Positions 18,719 through 28,492 of a stretch of DNA of 64,000 bases are shown piece by piece. The DNA is from an uncultured Gammaproteobacteria bacterium. Lineage in GTDB: Bacteria; Patescibacteriota; Microgenomatia; Daviesbacterales; UBA10151. Positions within the stretch are counted from its first letter, which is position 1, and every line of letters begins with the position of its first letter. The position numbers were made by a program, and so were the translations under genes. The notes under the pieces were generated by a model, which saw nothing but the letters and a program-made list of their open reading frames with translations, was not told where the DNA came from and did not search any database. The stretch is from contig CAYRCR010000001.1 in the NCBI GenBank assembly GCA_964422835.1, forward strand, positions 22,030-86,029, in the 5' to 3' direction.

Positions 18719-20248
18719 TTATTTACCTCCAAATGTAAAATTATAGTAGCCGAGCTCTGCAATCTTTTTTTCAGATAATGTTGACACCTTCTCCTTAAGT
18801 ACCATCAAGTTAGTTTCCTTCCCATCTTTTTTAACCCGCTCATACCTTCCAAAAAATTTCTCCAGTCCGAAGTAGCCATGCTCACACTTATCACAATAAA
18901 AATAAGTTGGAGGGCTTGCGGCGAAATTTGCCGTCAATGGGTTTCTTATTTCCGGCACTTTGCTCATCCAAGCATAATAATTGACCATTTTAGAATAATG
19001 CCCGATACCCGCTTGCCAGTAAAGCAACCATTCATCAGGTACCACAAATAATCTTTCCCCATCTTTTTTCATAATTTTGATTGCTCTACCAAAATCCTCT
19101 TGCCGGGAATAATTAATAAAAAAATCTTTGTTCGGGTCTTTTATTGTAAACAAATTTTGCTTAAGTTCAGAAAATTCCAAAATTAAAGTTATCAGTAGAA
19201 ATATTGATAAAAATAATTTATGGAATAATCCGGGATAATTTTTAATTAGCAAGAACGCGGTAATTAAACTTAAAAGTACAAGTGAGGAAAACCACGGTAA
19301 AATATGAAAACCGTTATATTCCTGAAGTCCCGGCTTGATAAAGCGCAAATTAACAAGGCCTAAAATAACAAAAATTAATAATGATATTTTCCATTCTTTT
19401 GTTCTAATTAAAATAAATGATGTAAAAATTAGGAATACAGAAAAAAATTGAATTATTTGTAAGGTAGCGCTTCTTCCCGCCCAAATTGTTAATGAAATAA
19501 AAGGAGCAAGAAAAGATTGCAAGGTACCTGAAAATCCATTGCTGAATTTCGGAATATAATATTTAAGGTTTAAATAAAATGCATTATAGAAATAATCCTG
19601 TATAGAAACAAACGGAATTATACTTAATAAAACCCCAAAAAATCCAGCTGAAAATAAAAATATTTCCTGTTTTTTAAAATTCCTGCTTTTAAAAAAAATA
19701 AGCCCAAGAGCTATTGCTGCCGGCCAAAGCGGGCTTAAAAGAAAAAAAATTAAAGAAAAAGACAAACCTAATAAGACAAATTCCAGTCTTAAAAGTGGCG
19801 GCTTTAGAAATATAAATGACAAAATATACACCAAAGGATAAACAACCAGAGATTCAGAGAGGAATAAATGCCCCAATAAAAATATTTTGATAGGCTCAAA
19901 AACCAGGGTAAATAAAAAAAGCGGCCAACCGAATCTGGCAACCAGGAGAATTGTCCAGGTAATTGCCCAGAAAAGCACTGCTTCTCTGTGTCTTTCAATT
20001 AACATAAACAAGTTTGGTGGAGTACTAATTTTTTGAACGCCGGCGCTAAAAATATAAGCCAGGGGTTGATGATGGGAAAATAAATCCTTGTATAATTTCT
20101 CTTTTTGAAGCAAATAATTCCCCAGTACAATATTGTCTTCCTCATCAACAAAATGAAAAGATAAGGCATGGTTTCTATAAAAGCCAAATAGGACAACTAA
20201 AAATAATGAGATCAAAAAAACCGGTATAAGGCGGTTACTGAATTTCAT
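18719..20248 (-). CDS. Polytopic membrane protein, putative GT-C-type glycosyltransferase.
   Basis: 509 aa with more than 10 hydrophobic helices. The acidic motif 'FHFVDEEDNIVLGNY' follows the first helix, matching the position of the catalytic D/E motif in GT-C enzymes. The C-terminal domain is roughly 130 aa and soluble. Confidence 0.45.
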   Translation of the reverse strand: MKFSNRLIPVFLISLFLVVLFGFYRNHALSFHFVDEEDNIVLGNYLLQKEKLYKDLFSHHQPLAYIFSAGVQKISTPPNLFMLIERHREAVLFWAITWTILLVARFGWPLFLFTLVFEPIKIFLLGHLFLSESLVVYPLVYILSFIFLKPPLLRLEFVLLGLSFSLIFFLLSPLWPAAIALGLIFFKSRNFKKQEIFLFSAGFFGVLLSIIPFVSIQDYFYNAFYLNLKYYIPKFSNGFSGTLQSFLAPFISLTIWAGRSATLQIIQFFSVFLIFTSFILIRTKEWKISLLIFVILGLVNLRFIKPGLQEYNGFHILPWFSSLVLLSLITAFLLIKNYPGLFHKLFLSIFLLITLILEFSELKQNLFTIKDPNKDFFINYSRQEDFGRAIKIMKKDGERLFVVPDEWLLYWQAGIGHYSKMVNYYAWMSKVPEIRNPLTANFAASPPTYFYCDKCEHGYFGLEKFFGRYERVKKDGKETNLMVLKEKVSTLSEKKIAELGYYNFTFGGK

Positions 20249-21635
20249 ATAATCTGATAAATCCCACTCCGTTAAAATTGTAGAGATTGGTCTGTTTATA
20301 CCCTAAGCTTTTTAATTTTTGATTAATTAATCTTTTGGGGTCTGTAATCTCCACCAAATAATCAAACAGGTAAACTTTTTTGCCCGTGATATCGGTCACA
20401 TCTTCAATTTCCCGAGCCTGAACTTTTTTTAAGCCCGGATGGGCGTCCTTTAAATCCTTGGCATAGTAAAGATAAGGAAACTTAACATGATTGTCTTCAA
20501 AAAGAACCAGTTTTGGGCCGGAAATATTATCCAAGAATCTTGCAACTGCCCGCCAATCTTCCCGCTGAAATACTGGGTTGGTGTAGTAAATAAAGAGTGA
20601 AATACTACTGATGGCCAATATGATTCCAATAGCAAGTCTCTGCCATAATCCCTTAAGCGACACACAACCTTTGGCCATCAAGAGATACAGGGCAGGCAAA
20701 ATATAAATCATCCGGAAATATGAAAGCATGGGAATATAAAATGAAATTAAAAATGCCAAAATTATTGGTACAAAAATCCATAACAGTAATAATTTTGTCT
20801 TATTGCCACCTTTCCTAAAACCTAAAAATAACAGTAGTCCATACACTACCCCCGCACCACTTGCCAGCAATCCATAAATAATTTTGTTATCAAAAGAAAT
20901 TCTACCTAAAATTGTTTTTATAAAAACCAAGGCCAGATTTTTAAAGTCCGCTCCGCCTGCCACTTTTTTCCAGCCCGGTAAATCAATTGAGGCTTTAATC
21001 CCAACTGCAATTTGCCCCGGCAAGACCAAAACCCATGGCAGAAATAATAGTACGGAGATCAAATGGGCCATCATCCACTTCCCAATCCTGCTCCTTTCGT
21101 AAAGTAGCAGGAAAACAAATTGGGACGGGATAACCAGATATGTCACATAATCCGAGTAGAGAACAAGAGCTGTTGATAGCCCCAATCCCAAAAAAGACCA
21201 TTTCTCCTTATTAAGTACTTTGATGAAATAATAAAAAGATAAAACGGCAGCAAAGGCAGACAAGGAATACATTCTTGCTTCTTGAGAATAATAAACATGC
21301 AGCGGGGCTACAGCTAAAAACAAGGAACCAATCTGTGCCACCTTATTATTAAATAATTTTTTCCCGATCAAATAAGTTAAACAGATTGTGCCAAACCCCA
21401 AAATAACCGACAAAAGACGGACATTTATTTCTCCAAATCCGAAAAGATGTCCCCAAATCCAAAGTAAAATAAAGTACCCAGGCGGATGAAAATCACCAAG
21501 CGGATATTTTGATATAAACGAGATAAAATCCAAACCCCTGGCAGCAACAACATTATCAGCCTCATCAAGCCAAAATGATTGATTAAGGGTAATTAACCTC
21601 AAAACAAATCCTAGTGCCAGTATTAAAAAAATCAT
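20235..21635 (-). CDS. GT39/PMT_2-family membrane glycosyltransferase.
   Basis: 'FWLDEADNVVAARGL' first-loop acidic motif and 'APLHVYYSQEARMYSL', both typical of the PMT_2/ArnT-like family; 466 aa. Confidence 0.65.
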   Translation of the reverse strand: MIFLILALGFVLRLITLNQSFWLDEADNVVAARGLDFISFISKYPLGDFHPPGYFILLWIWGHLFGFGEINVRLLSVILGFGTICLTYLIGKKLFNNKVAQIGSLFLAVAPLHVYYSQEARMYSLSAFAAVLSFYYFIKVLNKEKWSFLGLGLSTALVLYSDYVTYLVIPSQFVFLLLYERSRIGKWMMAHLISVLLFLPWVLVLPGQIAVGIKASIDLPGWKKVAGGADFKNLALVFIKTILGRISFDNKIIYGLLASGAGVVYGLLLFLGFRKGGNKTKLLLLWIFVPIILAFLISFYIPMLSYFRMIYILPALYLLMAKGCVSLKGLWQRLAIGIILAISSISLFIYYTNPVFQREDWRAVARFLDNISGPKLVLFEDNHVKFPYLYYAKDLKDAHPGLKKVQAREIEDVTDITGKKVYLFDYLVEITDPKRLINQKLKSLGYKQTNLYNFNGVGFIRLYEIQ

Positions 21636-22486
21636 TTATATTTTTGCTCTCCCGAAAATGATTTAAGCAGTGATATTTCAATAGCAAAATCGTAAATAAA
21701 TTTGAAAATTATATATTCCGGCAAGGAATGCTGTATTGCCTTTATCAAGCCATTGGCCAGGGAAAAAACAGGATTATACCTGATTAAAGAAATTATCTTC
21801 ATTGCGGTTTCATTTTTAATTTTCCTCCTTTTATATTCGCTTTTGCCAATCCACCGGGCCTGTTTGTATATTTCAGACAAACTCCCGGGGTTTTGATGGT
21901 AAAAAATTGCCCCGGGTGAAGCTGATGCCAAAACTCCCAGTTTTTCTGAAACCGTATAGTCATCAATGTAACCAATTGGTTTAAATCCCCCAGCTTTTTC
22001 AAACTCTTTCTTTATGATTGCCCTAAAAACAGGCTGGGTATCTGGATAGTTTTTAGGGTGCATCCGGTCGATGGGAAGATTTTTATTGATATTCCAGCAA
22101 TTACTCCAAATATTATCTTTATTTAAAACAAATTCTTCTTTGGAAAATGTGCCAATGGTTTTTCCATCAATAATTGGCGTAGTTAATTTCTTAATAAACT
22201 CTTTATCGAAAACCATATCAGCATCGACAAAAACTAAAATTTTACCGGTAGCATTTTTTACCCCCAGATTTCTTGCCATACCAGCTCCTTCATGATTCTG
22301 ATCTAAAATTTTGAACTTTGAACTTTGCATTTTAAATTTAGACAAAACATCAAATGTTTTATCTGTTGACCCATCATCTACTACAATAATTTCCAAGTCT
22401 TTAAAACTTTGATTTTGCAGCGACTGCAGACAAGCGGCAATTGAGGCTTGTTCGTTGTATGCAGGAATTATGACCGATACTTTCAT
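21632..22486 (-). CDS. Glycosyltransferase family 2 (GT-A).
   Basis: 'VSVIIPAYNEQASIAACLQSL...LEIIVVDDGSTDKT...VFVDADM' (DxD); 284 aa. Confidence 0.85.
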   Translation of the reverse strand: MKVSVIIPAYNEQASIAACLQSLQNQSFKDLEIIVVDDGSTDKTFDVLSKFKMQSSKFKILDQNHEGAGMARNLGVKNATGKILVFVDADMVFDKEFIKKLTTPIIDGKTIGTFSKEEFVLNKDNIWSNCWNINKNLPIDRMHPKNYPDTQPVFRAIIKKEFEKAGGFKPIGYIDDYTVSEKLGVLASASPGAIFYHQNPGSLSEIYKQARWIGKSEYKRRKIKNETAMKIISLIRYNPVFSLANGLIKAIQHSLPEYIIFKFIYDFAIEISLLKSFSGEQKYK

Positions 22487-23442
22487 ACAAGCTCCTTAAA
22501 AAGTTTTTCATATAATACTGCTGCATTATCCCAGGAAAAATTCTCGGCTTGTTTTCTCGGAGTATCACCCCATTTCTTAGATAATACCTCACCTATCGCC
22601 GCAGCATATTTTTCCGCATCAGGAGTGTCTACCAATATTCCACCATCACCCACAATTTCACGTCTTGCCAAATCATCAGGGGCCACTACAGGTAGATTAG
22701 ATGCCATTGCCTCAAGGTAAACAATTCCAAAAGCTTCCCTGTCCCAGGAAGGTAGAACAAAAAGATCAGCCGACCGGTAATATTTCGGTATTTTTTCAAA
22801 AGTAATACTTAGAATTTTAAATCTGTCCTTACCGAGCAATGAATTGCCCATTTCCTCCAGTTCTTTTTTCTTTGGACCCGCTCCGATAATAACCAAGGAT
22901 CCGGTTTTAATTTTGGCCATGGCCTTAATAGTTCTCTCATGATGTTTATACCAATCCAGCGCCCCTACGCTTAAAATTATGGGGCCCGGGAGATTAAAGT
23001 TAACTCTTCCTCCCTTAGGATTAAATTTTTCCAAATTAACGCCATTGGGAATTTTTACAATTTTTGTTTTCCATGCCCACTTTCTTGCCCATCTCATCTC
23101 ATAATCCGTTAGGGCCACGTAAATATTAGGGACTGTTATGGCAATGTTCCAAATATCATCACGTCCTACTCCGGATTGGCCGGATATTAAAGTTTTGTAT
23201 TTTCCAGGAACTCTTCCCAAGCTTGCCATCAAAGCCTGTGTCCTGCCGTTTGTGGGGATTACCCAATCATAACCACCACTAACTATTTTTTTAAGAGAAC
23301 CACTGTCTTTACCGGCCAAAATGTCAACTTGAAACTTTTGGGCCAGTCTTTTGGAAAGCTCCAGAACATATGTTTCAGCACCCCGGTCAACTTTTCCGAT
23401 AAACTCACTCAAAAATACTATCTTCAATTTTTTCTGATCCAT
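22483..23442 (-). CDS. Glycosyltransferase family 4 (short form).
   Basis: 'REAFGIVYLEAMASNLPVVAPDD'; 319 aa. Confidence 0.75.
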   Translation of the reverse strand: MDQKKLKIVFLSEFIGKVDRGAETYVLELSKRLAQKFQVDILAGKDSGSLKKIVSGGYDWVIPTNGRTQALMASLGRVPGKYKTLISGQSGVGRDDIWNIAITVPNIYVALTDYEMRWARKWAWKTKIVKIPNGVNLEKFNPKGGRVNFNLPGPIILSVGALDWYKHHERTIKAMAKIKTGSLVIIGAGPKKKELEEMGNSLLGKDRFKILSITFEKIPKYYRSADLFVLPSWDREAFGIVYLEAMASNLPVVAPDDLARREIVGDGGILVDTPDAEKYAAAIGEVLSKKWGDTPRKQAENFSWDNAAVLYEKLFKELV

Positions 23443-24812
23443 ATTTCAACTCCCTCTCCTATCTTACCTTCTTTTTTGTAATTTAGGAAAATATAATCCA
23501 TAATCTTCTTTGGTTGATAAGTGCCTAAGCCATACCAATTACCCTCTGATGGAATCCTCCTGAAAACAAATTTTGGTGGATTTTGTTTTAGCCCCTCCAA
23601 GACCCAATCCTGGACTCCGGGTATTTCCAGGTACCAGCCAAAATTATCACTCCAATTTTTTGGGGGAAGTGTTTTGGTAAAGATATATCCTGATGAATCC
23701 AGTCCAAGAAAAAACACTTTCTCTCCCGGCTTTATAAGATCTGAAATTTGACGGGCCAGCCCTCTTTCATAACTTCCATAAAATCTTATTCCACCGCCAA
23801 TTTGTGAGGGAAAAAGAAATACAGATAATGAAATTACCACAAAAAACATTAAAGTAATATAAAAAACTCTGAATTTTTTATCTAAGCCGTTAAAAATTAT
23901 TGCACTTACAATAATTAAAAATGCTAAAACAGGTTGGAGATGAAAAAATGAAAATCTTGGGTATACAGCAATCAGAGCAGAGATCAAAAACGCCAGACTC
24001 ATCCAGAATAACTTATTAAGAAGTGGTTTTATAAAATTAAGAAGAATTCCTGATATTGGCAAAAAGAGTAAGACCATTACCAAAAAATATTTTTTGGAAA
24101 TTGCAAAATTTACATAGCCCGGAAATTTTGACCACTCAAAAAGCGGATAAATTATTGTCCAATTCCAAAATTCCACAAACGAGCCGGTCAGTAAAAGAAA
24201 TAGTAGAAGAGGCAATAAAATAATTATTATTCCTGATAATATTACGACGACCTCACCGGGAATAATTTTTCTTCTTTGTGTAAGATAGTAGAGAATGAAA
24301 AAGGCAAGGTAGATAATTGCCACTTGTTTAATTACAACCGCAATTGAAATACAAAATACGGTCAAAAATAAATCCCGTTTATAGTTTTTCAAAAGCCATT
24401 TTTGGGCAAAAAGGAAACCACCCAAAACTGGAAGGACTGTTGCAAAATCAAACCACAACATATTCCCATCCAAAAAACTTTGTAAAATTATAAATAAGCC
24501 CGTAAAAAATATAGATACTCCGGCTTTTTTTATTGCCTGCTCAAGGTTTAGGAAAACTAATAAATCAGTTAGAAGTACCAGAACCCAGGTAAATATAACC
24601 AGCGCCTGTGGGTTAAATCCAAGAAGTTTAAAAATACCACTTAATACTAAAACCAGACCTGGCGGGTATGGCATTATAAAATCCCGGTAAAGGGCAAAAC
24701 CGTTTGAAAAAAGATACGGATAGGAAAGCATTTCCGGCCAGGCAGTAAAAGTTAACCTGCTCAAAATAAAAAGGTGCAAGCCAAGTATTGCCAGTAAAAA
24801 TACTTTTTTCAT
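23424..24812 (-). CDS. Polytopic membrane protein, putative GT-C-type glycosyltransferase.
   Basis: 462 aa, mostly hydrophobic helices. 'FTAWPEMLSYPYLFSNGFALYRDFIMPYPPG' lies in the first loop. No family assigned with confidence. Confidence 0.4.
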   Translation of the reverse strand: MKKVFLLAILGLHLFILSRLTFTAWPEMLSYPYLFSNGFALYRDFIMPYPPGLVLVLSGIFKLLGFNPQALVIFTWVLVLLTDLLVFLNLEQAIKKAGVSIFFTGLFIILQSFLDGNMLWFDFATVLPVLGGFLFAQKWLLKNYKRDLFLTVFCISIAVVIKQVAIIYLAFFILYYLTQRRKIIPGEVVVILSGIIIILLPLLLFLLLTGSFVEFWNWTIIYPLFEWSKFPGYVNFAISKKYFLVMVLLFLPISGILLNFIKPLLNKLFWMSLAFLISALIAVYPRFSFFHLQPVLAFLIIVSAIIFNGLDKKFRVFYITLMFFVVISLSVFLFPSQIGGGIRFYGSYERGLARQISDLIKPGEKVFFLGLDSSGYIFTKTLPPKNWSDNFGWYLEIPGVQDWVLEGLKQNPPKFVFRRIPSEGNWYGLGTYQPKKIMDYIFLNYKKEGKIGEGVEIWIRKN

Positions 24813-25627
24813 TTTGTTACCTTTTTAGAAATTACAGTCAATCCGTCCCCACGGTTTAATTTGGAAAAAATGAACGTTGGCAGCAAGGTAAAAAAATTAG
24901 TAAAAAAACGTTTCTTAAATCCGGTGAATGATTGCCACAATTCGCTCAAGGGGCTGCCGTAATCCCAAATTCCGGACACCATTTCAAAATAACAAGGTTT
25001 AAAACCGGTATTTTTTAACAGTATTTCCAGCGATTTTTGGGTAAAATGCCAGAGATGCTCATGTGGCAAAAGAAACGGCCATTTTGGCCCAAAAAGCTTA
25101 GCCGAAAAACCTCCAAAATTCGGGACATCAATAAAAAGATACCCTTCATTTGCCAATAATAAATTTGCCTTTTTTAATACATCCCGCGGAGAAACCATAT
25201 GCTCAAGTGTATGGTTTATGATAATTAAATCAAATGTTCTTTGGGGCAGTTGAGCTATATCAAAAGATGTATTAAGTGTAGGGATACCGGATTTTCTGGC
25301 AAAATCAGCCGACCGTGCAGAAACTTCTATCCCCAGTACATCCCACCCATCTTTCTTCAAAAGTGATAACAAAATGCCTGTTGAAGAACCAATTTCCAGC
25401 ACTTTACCGGGAGGAAGTTTTAACTTATTTATCAAATCAACTCTTCTTTGGAATATATTCTTAAACTGTTCCCTCTCTTTTATGTATACCTCATCACGAT
25501 GATAATCCCGATCAATCTTCAAACCATACGTTATCCCCAATCCGCATTTATTGCATTTTAAGATTTTGACATTTTTTTCTTGGTAAAAAATTTTAGTATT
25601 TTTTTGGCAAACCAGGCACTTTTTCAT
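24809..25627 (-). CDS. SAM-dependent methyltransferase with an N-terminal C4 zinc ribbon.
   Basis: 'CLVCQKNTK...CNKCGL' zinc ribbon, then 'VLEIGSSTGILLSLL' (motif I) and 'FDLIIINHTLEHMVSP'; 272 aa. Confidence 0.75.
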   Translation of the reverse strand: MKKCLVCQKNTKIFYQEKNVKILKCNKCGLGITYGLKIDRDYHRDEVYIKEREQFKNIFQRRVDLINKLKLPPGKVLEIGSSTGILLSLLKKDGWDVLGIEVSARSADFARKSGIPTLNTSFDIAQLPQRTFDLIIINHTLEHMVSPRDVLKKANLLLANEGYLFIDVPNFGGFSAKLFGPKWPFLLPHEHLWHFTQKSLEILLKNTGFKPCYFEMVSGIWDYGSPLSELWQSFTGFKKRFFTNFFTLLPTFIFSKLNRGDGLTVISKKVTK

Positions 25628-28290
25628 GAGCTTTTCCTTTTGTGAAACAATTTTACAAGTATTACAAAAAAGATAATAAAGAAAGAGATAACAGACAACA
25701 GAATTGCCGGGATAATTTGTTTTTGTGGCACAAAAATTAAGTCAAAATTCCTTGGAGTGTTTTTCAGGTAAAAACCATTTATCATTTCATAAAACGGAAA
25801 GTGAGGGCTGCTCTCAAATTCCGAAATTCCCCATTCTTTATTATAACGGTCGGAAAAAACCAGCCATCTGGCTTCAGGGGGCATTTTTAAAATTTTATAT
25901 CGGGTGGGGTCCACTTGCATAAAGTTAACCGGTATAAAGTTTTGATCAAGTCTGCTGCTCAAATCCCCCAAATCTTTTTCCCCCGATATTTGCAGAATCT
26001 GGAAATGACCCATAATCTGGGCCGTTGTTTTAGCAGCCCGGTTAAAATCACTTTCTGAAATTACAGCAATAGTATTTAGCATATTAAAACCACCCTGGTT
26101 TTGAATTAAAACATCTGTTTGTCCCTCTTTAAACAGTTGAGGTCCAATTATTTCCCAGTGAAAATTTCCTTCCTGATTGACTGGGATAACTTTTTCCTGG
26201 CCGGAGAATCTAATTTTTAAACTATCACCTCCGGCATTAAGATGACGGATTGCTAAATAGTAATTGCCATCTTGAGGAATATTCAGATTAAACTCAATTT
26301 TTTCACCGTTTATTGTTGAGAACGCCACTCCTTTGCCAAAATCAAACTCGAAGTTTTTAATATCCTGCTTCAATAAATCATACTTCCACTTTAGATACTC
26401 CCCCTTTCCCCTGATCTGCCACTCATTCAATACCGCACTTGATGGTGGTACAAATAATCCGGCGAGTGTTGACATCATTAAGTCCTGCTGGCTTTTATTA
26501 ATAAAAATCAAGTCGGCATCACCCGAATCGATAGCCAGTAAACCCTCTGAATTAATTTTGCCATCCTCTAAAAAGACAAATGCATTATTCGAAAGATTAA
26601 ACTGCTTACCGGTAAACAGGTAATAATAAATTTCTTCGCCACCCACCACTAAAAATATTTTCTTTTGGGCAAAAATATGGGGCTGGGGATTTACTATTTC
26701 AAAAGCAGGAAAAGAAACCGGTAAGGAAGACTTCTTTAACCCGCTATTACCTTCAATAAACCGAATGCGTTCCTCCTGACTTTTAATGTCTTCAAAAGTC
26801 AAAGTCTTTTTTCTTTCATTACCGGGAAAAAACACATATTTTATTCCCAATAAACTCCACCATTGATCAATCTGTGAATTTCTGACAAACTGGAATAAAT
26901 CATATTGACCGGAAATTAGCGAGGCAAACGGTCTTTCCTGGTACAAAGTATTGGCCGATATAGCAGGTCTTTGCCGATCCGCAAATCCCAAAGGAGGTTT
27001 TTCTTCAAACCAAAGGGTTCTAAAAAAGTTATCATCCTTTTGCAGGAACGAATATAGATTTGAAAAATCATTACTCTGAATATTCTTACCTAAAACTCCC
27101 GTTAAACTGCCTGACAAAGCGGGATTGATGAGCAAAAGTAGATACAGATAAGTAGGAACCATTACCCAAAGCACCCGTTTCTTGAGTAATTTCTTCAATT
27201 CCCCAACAGTTAAAGCAAACATTACCCCGGCAATAAGAAGCAGCGGGATAAAAAATTTGGATGAATCCCGGAAAGCTACTCCGAAAGGAAGTTTATTAAT
27301 AGAAAAAGTGTAGATTTCACCAAAGGGTGGGCTTCCACCTTTACTTAAAAAAGCGAAGATTAAAAAAAGTAAAGCTAGAGTAAGCAAAAGTGTATTCTTA
27401 CTTTTTGAAATAATCAGTCCCCCAAAAATTAGTACCGGTAGCAACGCAAAATAAAAAGGTAAGGAAGCAAGTTTTCCAAATTCATTTAACGGAAAATGTG
27501 GTTGAAAAAGAAAGATACTATTAATTAAATTAATGAAGTTGTTATCCTCTAAAACCCCTTCTACACCTGAAACTGCATCTTTGTAATTTGAAGCAAACGG
27601 GAGGATCCAATAAAAGCTAAGCACCGTGACCGAAAATAACATTATCAGAAAATTGATTATTCTTTTTCTCAAATTAGGCTGCTGTATCTGCCAAAAAATT
27701 ATGAACAATACCGCAATTATAGCCACACGCAAATCCACGTTTACAATTGCAAACAAAGAGATGAGCGCCGGGAAATAGTTTTTGATACTGGTCTTATCCA
27801 AATAATTCATTGACAACGTCACTGCCAGCGGGAACAAGCCGTACGATAAAGCCACTCCAATTTGACCTCCATCAACAAGGGTTAAAAAATAGGTATTAAA
27901 CCCGTATAAGAAAGTGCCAAAAAATCTTCCCGGCAGGCTCCTTGTAAACCTACCAATAAACAACCAGGAGCCAACTATTGCCAGAATAACGGACGGGAAA
28001 TAAAAAATAATTCTCACCAGAATATCATTTCCAAAACTCAAAAAATGATTTAATAAGCCGTATAAAAAGGTAGGCAAATATAACCAAAGAACACTAAACT
28101 GGGGGGCACCTAAATTGTCGTTCCTGAAATTCCATACATAAGGCAAATTAAAGAGCTCTTTAAGGTTTTCCGGATAAAAAAAGGGAGCATCTCCCCATGC
28201 AAGACTTCCCCCCATAAAAAGGGATCTGAAAACGAAAATAGATGGAAGAAAAAAAGCCAGAAAAATTAATAATTTTTTAACCTTTTCCAT
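25624..28290 (-). CDS. Large (888 aa) polytopic membrane protein with a roughly 400 aa C-terminal extracytoplasmic domain. YfhO-like / GT-C candidate.
   Basis: An N-terminal half of hydrophobic helices with 'LAWGDAPFFYPENLKELFNLPYVWNFRNDNLGAPQ' after helix 1. The C-terminal half is soluble with one final TM helix ('IPAILLSVISFFIIFFVILV'). Size and layout resemble YfhO-family proteins. Confidence 0.4.
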   Translation of the reverse strand: MEKVKKLLIFLAFFLPSIFVFRSLFMGGSLAWGDAPFFYPENLKELFNLPYVWNFRNDNLGAPQFSVLWLYLPTFLYGLLNHFLSFGNDILVRIIFYFPSVILAIVGSWLFIGRFTRSLPGRFFGTFLYGFNTYFLTLVDGGQIGVALSYGLFPLAVTLSMNYLDKTSIKNYFPALISLFAIVNVDLRVAIIAVLFIIFWQIQQPNLRKRIINFLIMLFSVTVLSFYWILPFASNYKDAVSGVEGVLEDNNFINLINSIFLFQPHFPLNEFGKLASLPFYFALLPVLIFGGLIISKSKNTLLLTLALLFLIFAFLSKGGSPPFGEIYTFSINKLPFGVAFRDSSKFFIPLLLIAGVMFALTVGELKKLLKKRVLWVMVPTYLYLLLLINPALSGSLTGVLGKNIQSNDFSNLYSFLQKDDNFFRTLWFEEKPPLGFADRQRPAISANTLYQERPFASLISGQYDLFQFVRNSQIDQWWSLLGIKYVFFPGNERKKTLTFEDIKSQEERIRFIEGNSGLKKSSLPVSFPAFEIVNPQPHIFAQKKIFLVVGGEEIYYYLFTGKQFNLSNNAFVFLEDGKINSEGLLAIDSGDADLIFINKSQQDLMMSTLAGLFVPPSSAVLNEWQIRGKGEYLKWKYDLLKQDIKNFEFDFGKGVAFSTINGEKIEFNLNIPQDGNYYLAIRHLNAGGDSLKIRFSGQEKVIPVNQEGNFHWEIIGPQLFKEGQTDVLIQNQGGFNMLNTIAVISESDFNRAAKTTAQIMGHFQILQISGEKDLGDLSSRLDQNFIPVNFMQVDPTRYKILKMPPEARWLVFSDRYNKEWGISEFESSPHFPFYEMINGFYLKNTPRNFDLIFVPQKQIIPAILLSVISFFIIFFVILVKLFHKRKSS

Positions 28291-28492
28291 GAGAAATAAA
28301 TTTATAAATTGTAGCTACTAACATTATCAGATATGAAGCAGTTATAACCTTCAATGCCAAGCCTTCATGTTGTGCGACAAGGAGGAGGGAAGCTATAATA
28401 AACCCTAACAGCGGCAACCCAAATAAAACAAATTCTTTACGTATCACGGCCTCTCCTGCTTTGAACAACCAATTGACCGAACTGCTCCTCAC
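28277..28492 (-). CDS. Small 2-TM membrane ORF. Possibly real, possibly an artefact of the overlap.
   Basis: 71 aa, two hydrophobic helices. It overlaps the 3' end of the upstream gene by 55 nt. Confidence 0.25.
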   Translation of the reverse strand: MRSSSVNWLFKAGEAVIRKEFVLFGLPLLGFIIASLLLVAQHEGLALKVITASYLIMLVATIYKFISHGKG